Part shown: piece after piece, positions 42,072-50,308 of the stretch
How positions within the stretch are numbered: the stretch's first letter is position 1
Layout: each line of letters starts with the position of its first letter
Source: an uncultured cyanobacterium
Lineage (GTDB): Bacteria; Cyanobacteriota; Cyanobacteriia; PCC-6307; Cyanobiaceae
Direction of reading: 5' to 3'
DNA length: 64,000 nt
NCBI GenBank assembly: GCA_963697335.1
Contig: CAVONQ010000006.1
Span: 64,001-128,000 of the forward strand
Translations under genes and position numbers: made by a program
Notes under the pieces: generated by a model
What the model was told of the DNA's origin: nothing
The model's database searches: none
The model's input: the letters and a program-made list of their open reading frames with translations, nothing else

Positions 42072-44066
42072 TCAGGTTCTGGCGGTCAGGCGCAGCTGGT
42101 CGCGCAGTGGATCCACCAGCTGCACCTCCACCACCAGGGAGTCGCCCGGCTGGGCCCCCGGGGGACACTCCGCCGCCAGCTCCATCGCCAGCTCCTCGAG
42201 ATGGAGCAGGCCCAGGCCGTCCTGGGGCCGGAGCCAGCGCAGGAAAACCGACTCCCACTGCTCGCTGCGATGGGCTTCGAACCACACCTGCTGCCAGTGG
42301 CGTTGATCGTCACGACTGATCTGGATGCCCTGGCGGATCGGCGCCTCGATCGCCTGGAGCACCTCCTGCAGGGCCTCGGCATCGAGGGGGGGCTCCCCCT
42401 GCTGCTGGGCCCAGAGCTGGCGCTGCACCAGCAGATCGCCATAGCGGCGGATCGGGGAGGTGGCCTGGGCGTAGGCGTCAAGGCCGAGGCTGAAGTGCGG
42501 GCTCGGCTGGGTGCCCGTGTGCCCGCGGCTGAGGCAGCGCTTGAGGGCGGCATGGCGCACCGGGCCAGCAGGGAGGGCCTTGAGCTCGGCGTCGGGCGGC
42601 AGCTCGGCTGGCAGCTGGCTGCGGTAGGGCAGGGCCAGCCCGTGCTCCTGCCCGTAGCCGGCCACCACGGCGCCGGCCAGGATCATGGCCTCGGCCACCA
42701 GCAGCCGGGACGGCCCGGGCTCGGTGATCTCCAGCTGGGGCTCGCCGTCAGACACCCGGATGCGGCCTTCCGGCTGGTCCATCAGCAGCGCCCCCCGGGC
42801 CAGCCTCCACTGGCGGCGCCGCTGCAGCAGGACATGCAGGTCGCTGAGGTCCGGGTCCTCCGGTGGCGCCAGCTCGATCAGCTCATCGGCGTCGGCATAG
42901 CTGAGCCGGTAGGCGGGCCGCACCCAGCTGCGCAGCAGGCGGGTGCTGGCCACGGCCCCCTCCTCGGTGAGCTCCACCCCCAGGCTCCAGGCAGCATTGC
43001 GGCAGCCGGCCCGCAGGCTGAGGGGCCCGGTGGCCAGGGCCGTGGGGAACATCGGCAGGGTGCCGCTGGCCAGGTAGAGGCTGCTGCCGCGGCGCCGGGC
43101 TTCCAGGTCCAGCGGTGACCCCGGGGCCACCAGCCGACCCGGGTCTGCCACATGGATCCACAGGCGCAGGCCGCCCTCCGGCCGGCGTTCCAGGGCGAGG
43201 CCGTCGTCGATGTCCCGGGTGTCGGGGTCGTCGATGGTCACGCAGTGCTGGTGGGTGAGGTCCAGGCGCTGCTCATCGCCGGGCCGGGGCTCGGCGGCCT
43301 GGGCGATCAACCGCTCGGCTTCTGCCTCCAGCGCAGCGCTGAAACCCTGCTGCCAGCTGCTGGTCTGCAGGGAGGGCAGGCGGTGGCGGTCCCAGTGGCC
43401 CAGGTCCACCAGCAGATGGCGAATGCCGCCGCCATCGGCGCTGCAGCGCGCCGTGTGCAGGGCCCGGGCCAGCTCCACAGGCAGCGGGGTGTCCTGCTCG
43501 CCGCTGGCCCAGGCCAGCAGCAGATCGAGTTCAGCCTGGTGCTCCGGCGCCAGCTCCTGGCGCTGGATCGGAGTCCGCCGCCGCAGGGCGTCATGCCACT
43601 GGGCCTGGCGCTGCTGCTGCCGGGCCAGGCGATGGCGCTCCTGCCGCAGGCGGCGCAGATCGTCGAAGGGACGGGCACTGATGCCCTGCTGGCGGCTGCG
43701 GAACCAGAGCTGGGGGCCCTGGAGCCACTGCCAGCAGGCGGCCATCACCGGGGGATCACTGCTGGAGGCCACCAGTTCGGCCCAGTCGTGGAAGGTCCAG
43801 AGGCCCTGGTCTTCGCTGAGCAGCAGCCAGGCGGCGGCGAAATCGCGGGGGCGAGGCAGGCTCTGCGCCACCTCGGCCTCGCTGAAGCCCCAGGGGGCAA
43901 CCCCCAGCCGTGGCGGCGCTGAGGCAGCACCGGTGAGGGGAAGGATCAACTCCACCTGGCGGCGGGGGAGCTGCTGCTGGCGGTGGTGGAAGCCCACGCT
44001 GAGCTCCAGCCTGGATCCCTGCGCCTGGAGCACCACGGCGAGGTGAGCACCCCGCTCGTCGCTCAC
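42072..44066 (-). CDS. RNB domain exoribonuclease (RNase II/R family)
   Basis: TIDDPDTRDIDDGL, WIHVADP, HFSLGLDAYAQATSPIRRYGDL; start uncertain. Confidence 0.92.
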   Translation of the reverse strand: MSDERGAHLAVVLQAQGSRLELSVGFHHRQQQLPRRQVELILPLTGAASAPPRLGVAPWGFSEAEVAQSLPRPRDFAAAWLLLSEDQGLWTFHDWAELVASSSDPPVMAACWQWLQGPQLWFRSRQQGISARPFDDLRRLRQERHRLARQQQRQAQWHDALRRRTPIQRQELAPEHQAELDLLLAWASGEQDTPLPVELARALHTARCSADGGGIRHLLVDLGHWDRHRLPSLQTSSWQQGFSAALEAEAERLIAQAAEPRPGDEQRLDLTHQHCVTIDDPDTRDIDDGLALERRPEGGLRLWIHVADPGRLVAPGSPLDLEARRRGSSLYLASGTLPMFPTALATGPLSLRAGCRNAAWSLGVELTEEGAVASTRLLRSWVRPAYRLSYADADELIELAPPEDPDLSDLHVLLQRRRQWRLARGALLMDQPEGRIRVSDGEPQLEITEPGPSRLLVAEAMILAGAVVAGYGQEHGLALPYRSQLPAELPPDAELKALPAGPVRHAALKRCLSRGHTGTQPSPHFSLGLDAYAQATSPIRRYGDLLVQRQLWAQQQGEPPLDAEALQEVLQAIEAPIRQGIQISRDDQRHWQQVWFEAHRSEQWESVFLRWLRPQDGLGLLHLEELAMELAAECPPGAQPGDSLVVEVQLVDPLRDQLRLTART

Positions 44067-44112
44067 ACCGACCAGATCGCCGGGATGGAGTGCAGCCTGG
44101 GCCAGGGGATGC

Positions 44113-44334
44113 TCAGCCTTCGGGGTTCACGAACGGCAGCAGGGCCACAATCCGGGCCCGCTTGACGGCGTTGGTGAGGTCGCGCTGCTGCTTGGCGGTG
44201 AGTCCGGTCAGACGGCGGGGAAGAATCTTGCCGCGCTCGGTGATGAACTTCTTGAGCAGATCGACGTCTTTGTAGTCGATCGGATCGCCGGGCTTGATCG
44301 GCGATAGACGCTTCTTGAAAAAGGAACTGGCCAT
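44113..44334 (-). CDS. rpsR: 30S ribosomal protein S18
   Basis: [26 protein letters not shown]. Confidence 0.98.
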   Translation of the reverse strand: MASSFFKKRLSPIKPGDPIDYKDVDLLKKFITERGKILPRRLTGLTAKQQRDLTNAVKRARIVALLPFVNPEG

Positions 44335-44420
44335 GGGGGAGAACGAAGGGAGAGGTTGAAGAAGACAGGCAATGCCGTTGCGTCACCAGGCCACGACCAG
44401 CGCAGCTCAGGTGGTCGGGC

Positions 44421-44615
44421 TCACTTGATTTCCTTGTGAACCGTCGACTTGTTGCAATGGGGGCAGAACTTCTTCAGCTCCATGCGTTCAGTGGTGTTGC
44501 GGCGGTTTTTCTCCGTGGTGTAACGGGAAACACCAGGAGACCGCTTGGCGGGGTTGGACCGGCATTCGGTGCACTCAAGAGTGATCACGATCCGGACGCC
44601 CTTGTTCTTAGCCAT
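44421..44615 (-). CDS. rpmG: 50S ribosomal protein L33
   Basis: [11 protein letters not shown]...YTTEKNRRN...[14 protein letters not shown]. Confidence 0.98.
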   Translation of the reverse strand: MAKNKGVRIVITLECTECRSNPAKRSPGVSRYTTEKNRRNTTERMELKKFCPHCNKSTVHKEIK

Positions 44616-44768
44616 GAAGGACGTTGCGCCGCGTGTGCGATGCGAAAGGGACAATGATGGAGTTTACCTCCCCGCCTCACTCCCTTCCACCGGCCTTCCG
44701 GCGGCCAAGCGGGGACAGCCACCCGTGGCTCCCTAGGATCCGCCCCTGGCTGACAGGGGATGGGCACC

Positions 44769-47216
44769 ATGCGGGTATCGCTCCAGTGGCTGAAGGAGCT
44801 GGTCCGCATCCCGGAGTCCGGCCGATTCACCTGGCCTGCGCCTGAGGCCTTGGCAGAGAGGCTCTCTGTGGCCGGCTTCGAGGTGGAGGCGATCGAGAAC
44901 CTCTCCGAGCGCGCTGCGGGCGTGGTGGTGGGCCACGTGAAGGCGCGCGATCCCCATCCCGACGCCGACAAGCTGAGTGTGTGCCAGGTGGACGTGGGCG
45001 CCGCCGAGCCGCTGCAGATCGTCTGTGGTGCGCCCAACGTGCGTGCGGGCATCCATGTGCCGGTGGCCCTGGTGGGTACCACGTTGCCGGCGGTGAACCT
45101 CACGATCAAACCGGCCGAGCTGCGCGGCGTGGCCAGTAGCGGCATGATCTGCTCCCTCAGTGAGCTGGGGCTCGAGGGCAGTTCGGGCGGCATTGCCGTG
45201 CTCGAGGAGCTGGTGGGTGAGGTGCCGGCGGTGGGCATGCCGGTGGGTCCGTGCCTGGGTCTCGACGATGTCGTGCTCGAGCTGGCGATCACCGCCAACC
45301 GCCCTGACGGGCTGGCCATGCAGGGCATGGCCCGGGAGGTGGCGGCGCTGCTGGGACTCCAGACCTGCCTGAAGGAGCCCCCCCAGGCCTGCGCTCCCGA
45401 GTCCCTGCCGGTGAGTGCTGCCAGCCGGCAGGTGATGGAGCGCGGCGGATTGTTCAGTCTCACGGCCCTCACGGGCCTGCAGGTGGCGGACTCGCCAGCG
45501 TGGCTGCAGCGCCGCCTGCACAGGGCCGGCATCCGGCCGATCAACAACGTGGTGGACATCACCAATCTGGTGATGCTGGAAACGGGCCAGCCCCTGCACG
45601 CTTTCGACCGCGACCGCCTGGCGGGGCTCAGCGGCGGCCAACCCGATCCGGCCCTGCTGGGCCTGCGCCAGGCCATGGATCAGGAGCCTTTCACAGCCCT
45701 GGATGGAGAGGGCCGCCAGCTCAGCGGCGAGGCCCTGGTGGTGACCTACGCCGACCAGCCGATCGCCCTGGCCGGCCTGATGGGCGGCGCCGCCGAAGCC
45801 GTGGCGGCGGACACGAGCGCCATCTGGCTGGAGGCCGCCGTGTTTGCCGCCCAGGACGTGCGCCGCTCAGCCCGCAGTGTGGGCCTGCGCAGTGAAGCCA
45901 GCAGCCGCTTCGAGAAGGGCCTGCCCCAGGAGGCCACCCTGGCCGCCAGCGACCGGGCCTGTCAGTTGTTGCAGGAGCTCTGCGGCGCCCGGGTCGAGCA
46001 GCGCTGGCTGCAGCAGCGGCCCCTGAGCCCGGCGGCGCCTCTGCGGCTGCGCCGCGATGCCCTGCACAACCTGCTGGGCCCGGTGCTCGTGGAGGGGCAG
46101 CCCCAGGATCTGGACGACAACCGCATCGAGGCGACCCTCGCGGCCCTGGGCTGCACCCTGGAGCGCGACGACGAGGGCTGGACCGTGCAGGTGCCCCCCT
46201 CCCGGGCAATCGATCTGCAGCGGGAGGTGGACCTGATCGAGGAGGTGGCGCGCCTGGTGGGCTACGACCAGTTCGCCAGCCACCTGCCCGACCCGATCGA
46301 GCCGGGCGGGCTCGAGCCGCCCCAGCAGGCGGAGCGGCGGCTGCGCCGCGCCCTCTGTGGGGCCGGCCTGCAGGAGCTGTGCAGCTTTTCCCTGGTGGCG
46401 GAGGCAAAGGGCCGCCTGCCGCTGGCCAACCCGTTGCTGGCCGACTACGGCCATCTGCGCGACAGCCTGCACGGAGAACTGCTGGCGGCGGCGCTGCGCA
46501 ACCTCCAGAGTGCCCAACAGGGCTTCTGGGGCTTCGAGATCGGCGCCGTGTTCGCGGCAGGCGGCAATCAGCGCCAGCTGCTGGCCGGGGTGATCTGCGG
46601 GGAGCGCCGCTCGGAGCGCTGGACCAGCAGCGGCAAGCCCTGCCCTCCCGATTACTTCCGCGCCCGCGGGATCCTGCAACAGGGGCTCGCAGCCCTGGGC
46701 CTCAGCACCGAAGACCGCCCCCTCACGGACGAGCCCCTGCTGCACCCGGGCCGGGCTGCCCAGATCGTGCTGGAGGGCCGCCCGGCGGGCTGGTTCGGCC
46801 AGCTCCATCCCGCCGAGGCCGATCGGCTGGGCTTGCCCCAGGGCTGCCATCTGTTCCAGCTGGAGCTGGCCCCCCTACTCGCCGCCGCCACCCGCGCCAA
46901 CCGCTGGCAGCCGGCGTTCCGACCCTTTGCCACGGTGCCGGCGGCGGAGCGGGACCTCGCCCTGGTGATGCCGGTGACCACCCGGGCGGCGGCGCTGCTG
47001 CAGGTGATCCGCAAGGCGGGCAAGCCTCTGCTGGAGCAGGTGGAACTGGTGGACCGCTATGAGGGCAGCCAGGTGGGGGCGGACCAGTGCAGCCAGGCCT
47101 TCCGGCTGCGCTACCGGGAGGCCGGCCGCACCCTCACCGATGCCGAAGTGGAGAAGGCCCATGCCAAGATCCGCCAAGCCTTGGAAACCCAGCTCGGGGC
47201 CCAGCTGCGCAGCTGA
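44769..47216 (+). CDS. pheT: Phenylalanine--tRNA ligase beta subunit
   Basis: MRVSLQWLKELV, HPDADKL, IVCGAPNV, ITANRPDGL, NNVVDITN, DLIEEVAR. Confidence 0.96.
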   Translation: MRVSLQWLKELVRIPESGRFTWPAPEALAERLSVAGFEVEAIENLSERAAGVVVGHVKARDPHPDADKLSVCQVDVGAAEPLQIVCGAPNVRAGIHVPVALVGTTLPAVNLTIKPAELRGVASSGMICSLSELGLEGSSGGIAVLEELVGEVPAVGMPVGPCLGLDDVVLELAITANRPDGLAMQGMAREVAALLGLQTCLKEPPQACAPESLPVSAASRQVMERGGLFSLTALTGLQVADSPAWLQRRLHRAGIRPINNVVDITNLVMLETGQPLHAFDRDRLAGLSGGQPDPALLGLRQAMDQEPFTALDGEGRQLSGEALVVTYADQPIALAGLMGGAAEAVAADTSAIWLEAAVFAAQDVRRSARSVGLRSEASSRFEKGLPQEATLAASDRACQLLQELCGARVEQRWLQQRPLSPAAPLRLRRDALHNLLGPVLVEGQPQDLDDNRIEATLAALGCTLERDDEGWTVQVPPSRAIDLQREVDLIEEVARLVGYDQFASHLPDPIEPGGLEPPQQAERRLRRALCGAGLQELCSFSLVAEAKGRLPLANPLLADYGHLRDSLHGELLAAALRNLQSAQQGFWGFEIGAVFAAGGNQRQLLAGVICGERRSERWTSSGKPCPPDYFRARGILQQGLAALGLSTEDRPLTDEPLLHPGRAAQIVLEGRPAGWFGQLHPAEADRLGLPQGCHLFQLELAPLLAAATRANRWQPAFRPFATVPAAERDLALVMPVTTRAAALLQVIRKAGKPLLEQVELVDRYEGSQVGADQCSQAFRLRYREAGRTLTDAEVEKAHAKIRQALETQLGAQLRS

Positions 47217-47233
47217 GCTGCCAGCCCGAGCCC

Positions 47234-48598
47234 TCAGCCCTGGGCTGGTTCGGCATCGGACCGGCGCAACACGGCCAGGGTTTCCACGTGGCTCGTCTGG
47301 GGAAAGAAATCCAGTGGCTGCAGCTGATCAAGGGCATAGACCTTGCCCTCCAGCAGCAGCGCCAGATCCCGAGCCAGGGTGGCCGGGTCGCAGCTGAGAT
47401 ACAGGAGCGTGGCGGGGGGCCGGCTGCGCAGTGCCTCCAGCACCGCCGGCTCCAGACCCTTGCGGGGAGGATCGAGAAACACCGCCTGGCAGCGCTCCAG
47501 CCAGGCGGGCAGCAGCTCAGCCACCGCCCCGGCCTCAAAGCTCGCCACGGCCTCCAGGCCGTTGGCCGCCGCATTTTGCTCAGCCAGCCGCACCGCCTCG
47601 GGATTGCGCTCCAGCCCATGGACGCGCCAGCCGGAGCGCGCCAATGGCAGGCCGAAGGTACCGATGCCGCAGTAGGCGTCGATCAGCAGGCCTGGTGGTT
47701 GGCTGGCCAGGGCGTTTTGCAGCAGGGGCACCACCCGTTCGGCCTGGGGGGTGTTCACCTGAAAGAAGGTGTCGGAGGCGATGCGCAGCTCCAGGCCGGC
47801 AAAACGCTCGACCAGCCAGCTGCGGCCCGCCACCAGTTCCGTGGTGGGGCCCAGCAGGGTGTTGGTGGGGAGGGGCTGCAGGTTGAGCGTCACGCCCACC
47901 AGCTGCGGCCAGCGGTTCAGCCAGCGGTCGGCCCAGCGGGGCAGCTGATCCAGCTCCAAGTGGCTGCTCACCAGGGTGAGCAGCAGCTCTCCGGTGTGGT
48001 GCCCCAGTCGCAGGGCCAGATGGCGCAGGCCGCCACCGGTCTCCAGCTCCCGGTCCACCGGCCAGCCGGCGTCGGCGAGATCGGCCTTGAGCGGGGCGAT
48101 CAGGGCATCGAGCCGCGGATCGAGCACCGGGCAGTGGTTCATGTTCACGATCCGGTGGGTGCCGCGGCGGTAGTAGCCCGCCCGCACCAGACCATCATCT
48201 CGGCGTTCCAGCGGAATGATCGCCCGGTTGCGGTAGCCCAGGTTGGCCATCGCGGCCAGGGCTGGAGCCACGCTGATCTGCAGCCCCCCCAGGCGTTCCA
48301 GGGCCTGCTGAACGCGGCTGCCCTTCCAGGCCAGCTCCGCCCCATCCTCCAGGTGTTGCAGGCTGCAGCCCCCACAGCGCTGGGCCAGGATGCACGGGGG
48401 CTGGCGGCGTTCGGGGGAGGGTTCGATCACGCCCACCAGATCGGCGATCCAGTGGCGCTTGGCCCGATGCACCAGTTGCACAGCCACCACCTCGCCGGGC
48501 AGGGCACCAGGCACAAAACAGGCCATGCCATCCACCCGGCCCACGCCCTGGCCGTCATGGGTGAGACCATCCACCCGGAGATCCACCCTTTGGCCCAT
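47234..48598 (-). CDS. rlmD: 23S rRNA (uracil-5)-methyltransferase
   Basis: TRAM domain, C..CGGCSLQH, FFQVN, DAYCGIGT, DPPRKG, YLSCDPATLARD, DFFPQTSHVE. Confidence 0.92.
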   Translation of the reverse strand: MGQRVDLRVDGLTHDGQGVGRVDGMACFVPGALPGEVVAVQLVHRAKRHWIADLVGVIEPSPERRQPPCILAQRCGGCSLQHLEDGAELAWKGSRVQQALERLGGLQISVAPALAAMANLGYRNRAIIPLERRDDGLVRAGYYRRGTHRIVNMNHCPVLDPRLDALIAPLKADLADAGWPVDRELETGGGLRHLALRLGHHTGELLLTLVSSHLELDQLPRWADRWLNRWPQLVGVTLNLQPLPTNTLLGPTTELVAGRSWLVERFAGLELRIASDTFFQVNTPQAERVVPLLQNALASQPPGLLIDAYCGIGTFGLPLARSGWRVHGLERNPEAVRLAEQNAAANGLEAVASFEAGAVAELLPAWLERCQAVFLDPPRKGLEPAVLEALRSRPPATLLYLSCDPATLARDLALLLEGKVYALDQLQPLDFFPQTSHVETLAVLRRSDAEPAQG

Positions 48599-48717
48599 CG
48601 TTGCGCTCGTGATCAGGCCTCGACCCTAGGTCGTGCAAAGGGGCGTTACACCTTGAGTCCTGATGCCGGCTGGGCGCGCTGGAGTCGATAGAGTGGCGCT
48701 TGCATCTGGTCGCTGCA

Positions 48718-49212
48718 ATGAGCGTCGTTCGGGATCTGATCCTTCAGGCAGACGACCAGCTTCGCTATCCAAGCGGCGGCGAGCTGCGCTCCATGGTGGA
48801 CTACCTCAGCGGCGGCGCCCGGCGCCTGGCTGTGGTGCGCTCCCTCACCGACAACGAAAAGAAGATCGTCGACGAAGCCGCCAAGCAACTGTTCGGCCGC
48901 AAGCCCGAGTATGTGGCCCCCGGCGGCAATGCCTACGGCCAGAAGCAGCGGGCCCAGTGCCTGCGCGATTACAGCTGGTATCTGCGGCTGGTCACCTACG
49001 GGGTGCTGGCCGGCAGCACCGAACTGATCCAGCAGATCGGCCTGGTGGGAGCCCGCGAGATGTACAACAGCCTCGGCGTGCCCATGCCGGGCATGGTCGA
49101 GGCGATGCGCACGATGAAGGATGCCGCCCTCTCCCTGCTCTCCACCGACCAGGCCGATCTGGCCGGTCCCTACTTCGACTACCTGATCCAGGGGATGCAG
49201 ACCCCCACCTGA
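48718..49212 (+). CDS. apcD: Allophycocyanin alpha-B subunit
   Basis: ADDQLRYPSGGEL, PGGNAYG, chromophore Cys in CLRDYSWYLRLVTYG; stand-alone gene. Confidence 0.9.
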   Translation: MSVVRDLILQADDQLRYPSGGELRSMVDYLSGGARRLAVVRSLTDNEKKIVDEAAKQLFGRKPEYVAPGGNAYGQKQRAQCLRDYSWYLRLVTYGVLAGSTELIQQIGLVGAREMYNSLGVPMPGMVEAMRTMKDAALSLLSTDQADLAGPYFDYLIQGMQTPT

Positions 49213-49240
49213 AGCTTCCCGCCTCAGGCTCTCAGGAGGT

Positions 49241-50270
49241 CACCGTCTCCCTTGCCCCACGCCCTGCAGCGCCCTGCAAGACGTGGGGTTTTTGCTCGCT
49301 GGTGCTGGCTGCCCTTGCCTGCTGAGCCCCTGGGACGAGCGAAAATGATCCAGAAGGTCTCAGCTTGGTCTCGCTACAGGTCCCTTCTTGAGTCTCATCA
49401 GCGAGAGCCGAGTCTCGCCCAGGCGCGCTCGGGCTCCGTCCCGCCGGGCGGTTTCGGGAGCCAGCGAGTAGGGGAGCACTGGCAGCCCGGGCGGCCTCAA
49501 GCTTGCGGCCAGGCCAGGGAATCCCTGGGCGCATTGCGTTCATCAGTCTCAGCAATCCCGTTTGGGTCTGGAGACAGGTCTAACTAGCAGCCCCAGATGA
49601 GACTTGCTTGACGACACAGGGGCCTGGTGACGACAAGCACCGCCAGCGGTCTTGCGTACCTGCATTTGACACAGGTACGCAGATGAACTGTCTTCAGTGC
49701 TACCAGTCTTTTTGAATGGCGCAGTCGGCTCTTGGACACAGTGCCAGGCTGTCTCTGGACATGGCATGCGGCAGGTTTGATGCCTTTCTCCTGCATGGCG
49801 CCGACTCCCAGCACAGCCCACCAGGTCTCACGGGAGTTGGCGGCAAGCAATTCGAAGCAGAACGACGACTGACTCTTGAAAGCGAGGAGCTCAATCAAGG
49901 CTGGATTCTCCAGGCTCGGTACCCCGGATGCCGCAGGTGAAAACACTGAAAAACCATGGTCCCGGATTTCTCTCTCGGGTCCCATGCTGTGGCCAGTTTA
50001 TGGTCCCGCCCGAGACAAGCGAGAACGTCGCAAGGCGCCCGAGCTGCTCCCCCGTTCCATTCGCGGGGTGGGCACACCCAATCAGGCGCAACTGCGGCTG
50101 CCGCCATGACGATCGCGAGGACGGACCATCTGGACAGGCGCCCTGTCCCTGCGCCAATGGAGTCCATGGCCTAAGTCGAGATCGCGGAGCGAAACACAAG
50201 GCTCGGCAGTCTCGACTTGGTCGCATTAACAGACTCGATCTGTGGCGCAGTCGCGCCATGTGAGACGGTG
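49241..50270 (+). ncRNA. Candidate large structured non-coding RNA (unassigned)
   Basis: No credible CDS over ~1.1 kb; nested helices with G-U pairs and GNRA-type loops on + strand; terminal 9-bp helix (see findings). Confidence 0.45.
49254..49293 (+). terminator. Intrinsic terminator-like hairpin after apcD
   Basis: GCCCCACG-ccc-TGCAG-cgcc-CTGCA-aga-CGTGGGGT followed by a T-tract (49289-49293). Confidence 0.6.
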
Positions 50271-50308
50271 CTTGCGTTGCCCGCCCTCGCCAGTGCCGGG
50301 CGTGGGGA

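Noticed and set aside
49716..49940. 74-aa ORF ending EELNQGWILQ, like a 2Fe-2S ferredoxin C-terminus
   Set aside because: No Cys cluster motif, no host codon bias; other ORFs in 49232-50263 are equally unconvincing
50225..50255. TTAACAGACTCG...GCAGTCG resembling group I intron R/S (P7) elements
   Set aside because: Only ~13 nt separate the halves, too little for P3'/P8, and no interrupted host gene is present
49241..50270. 9-bp end repeats as terminal inverted repeats of an IS/MITE
   Set aside because: No transposase remnant or target-site duplication seen, and the repeat is short; a multi-copy BLAST hit would reopen this
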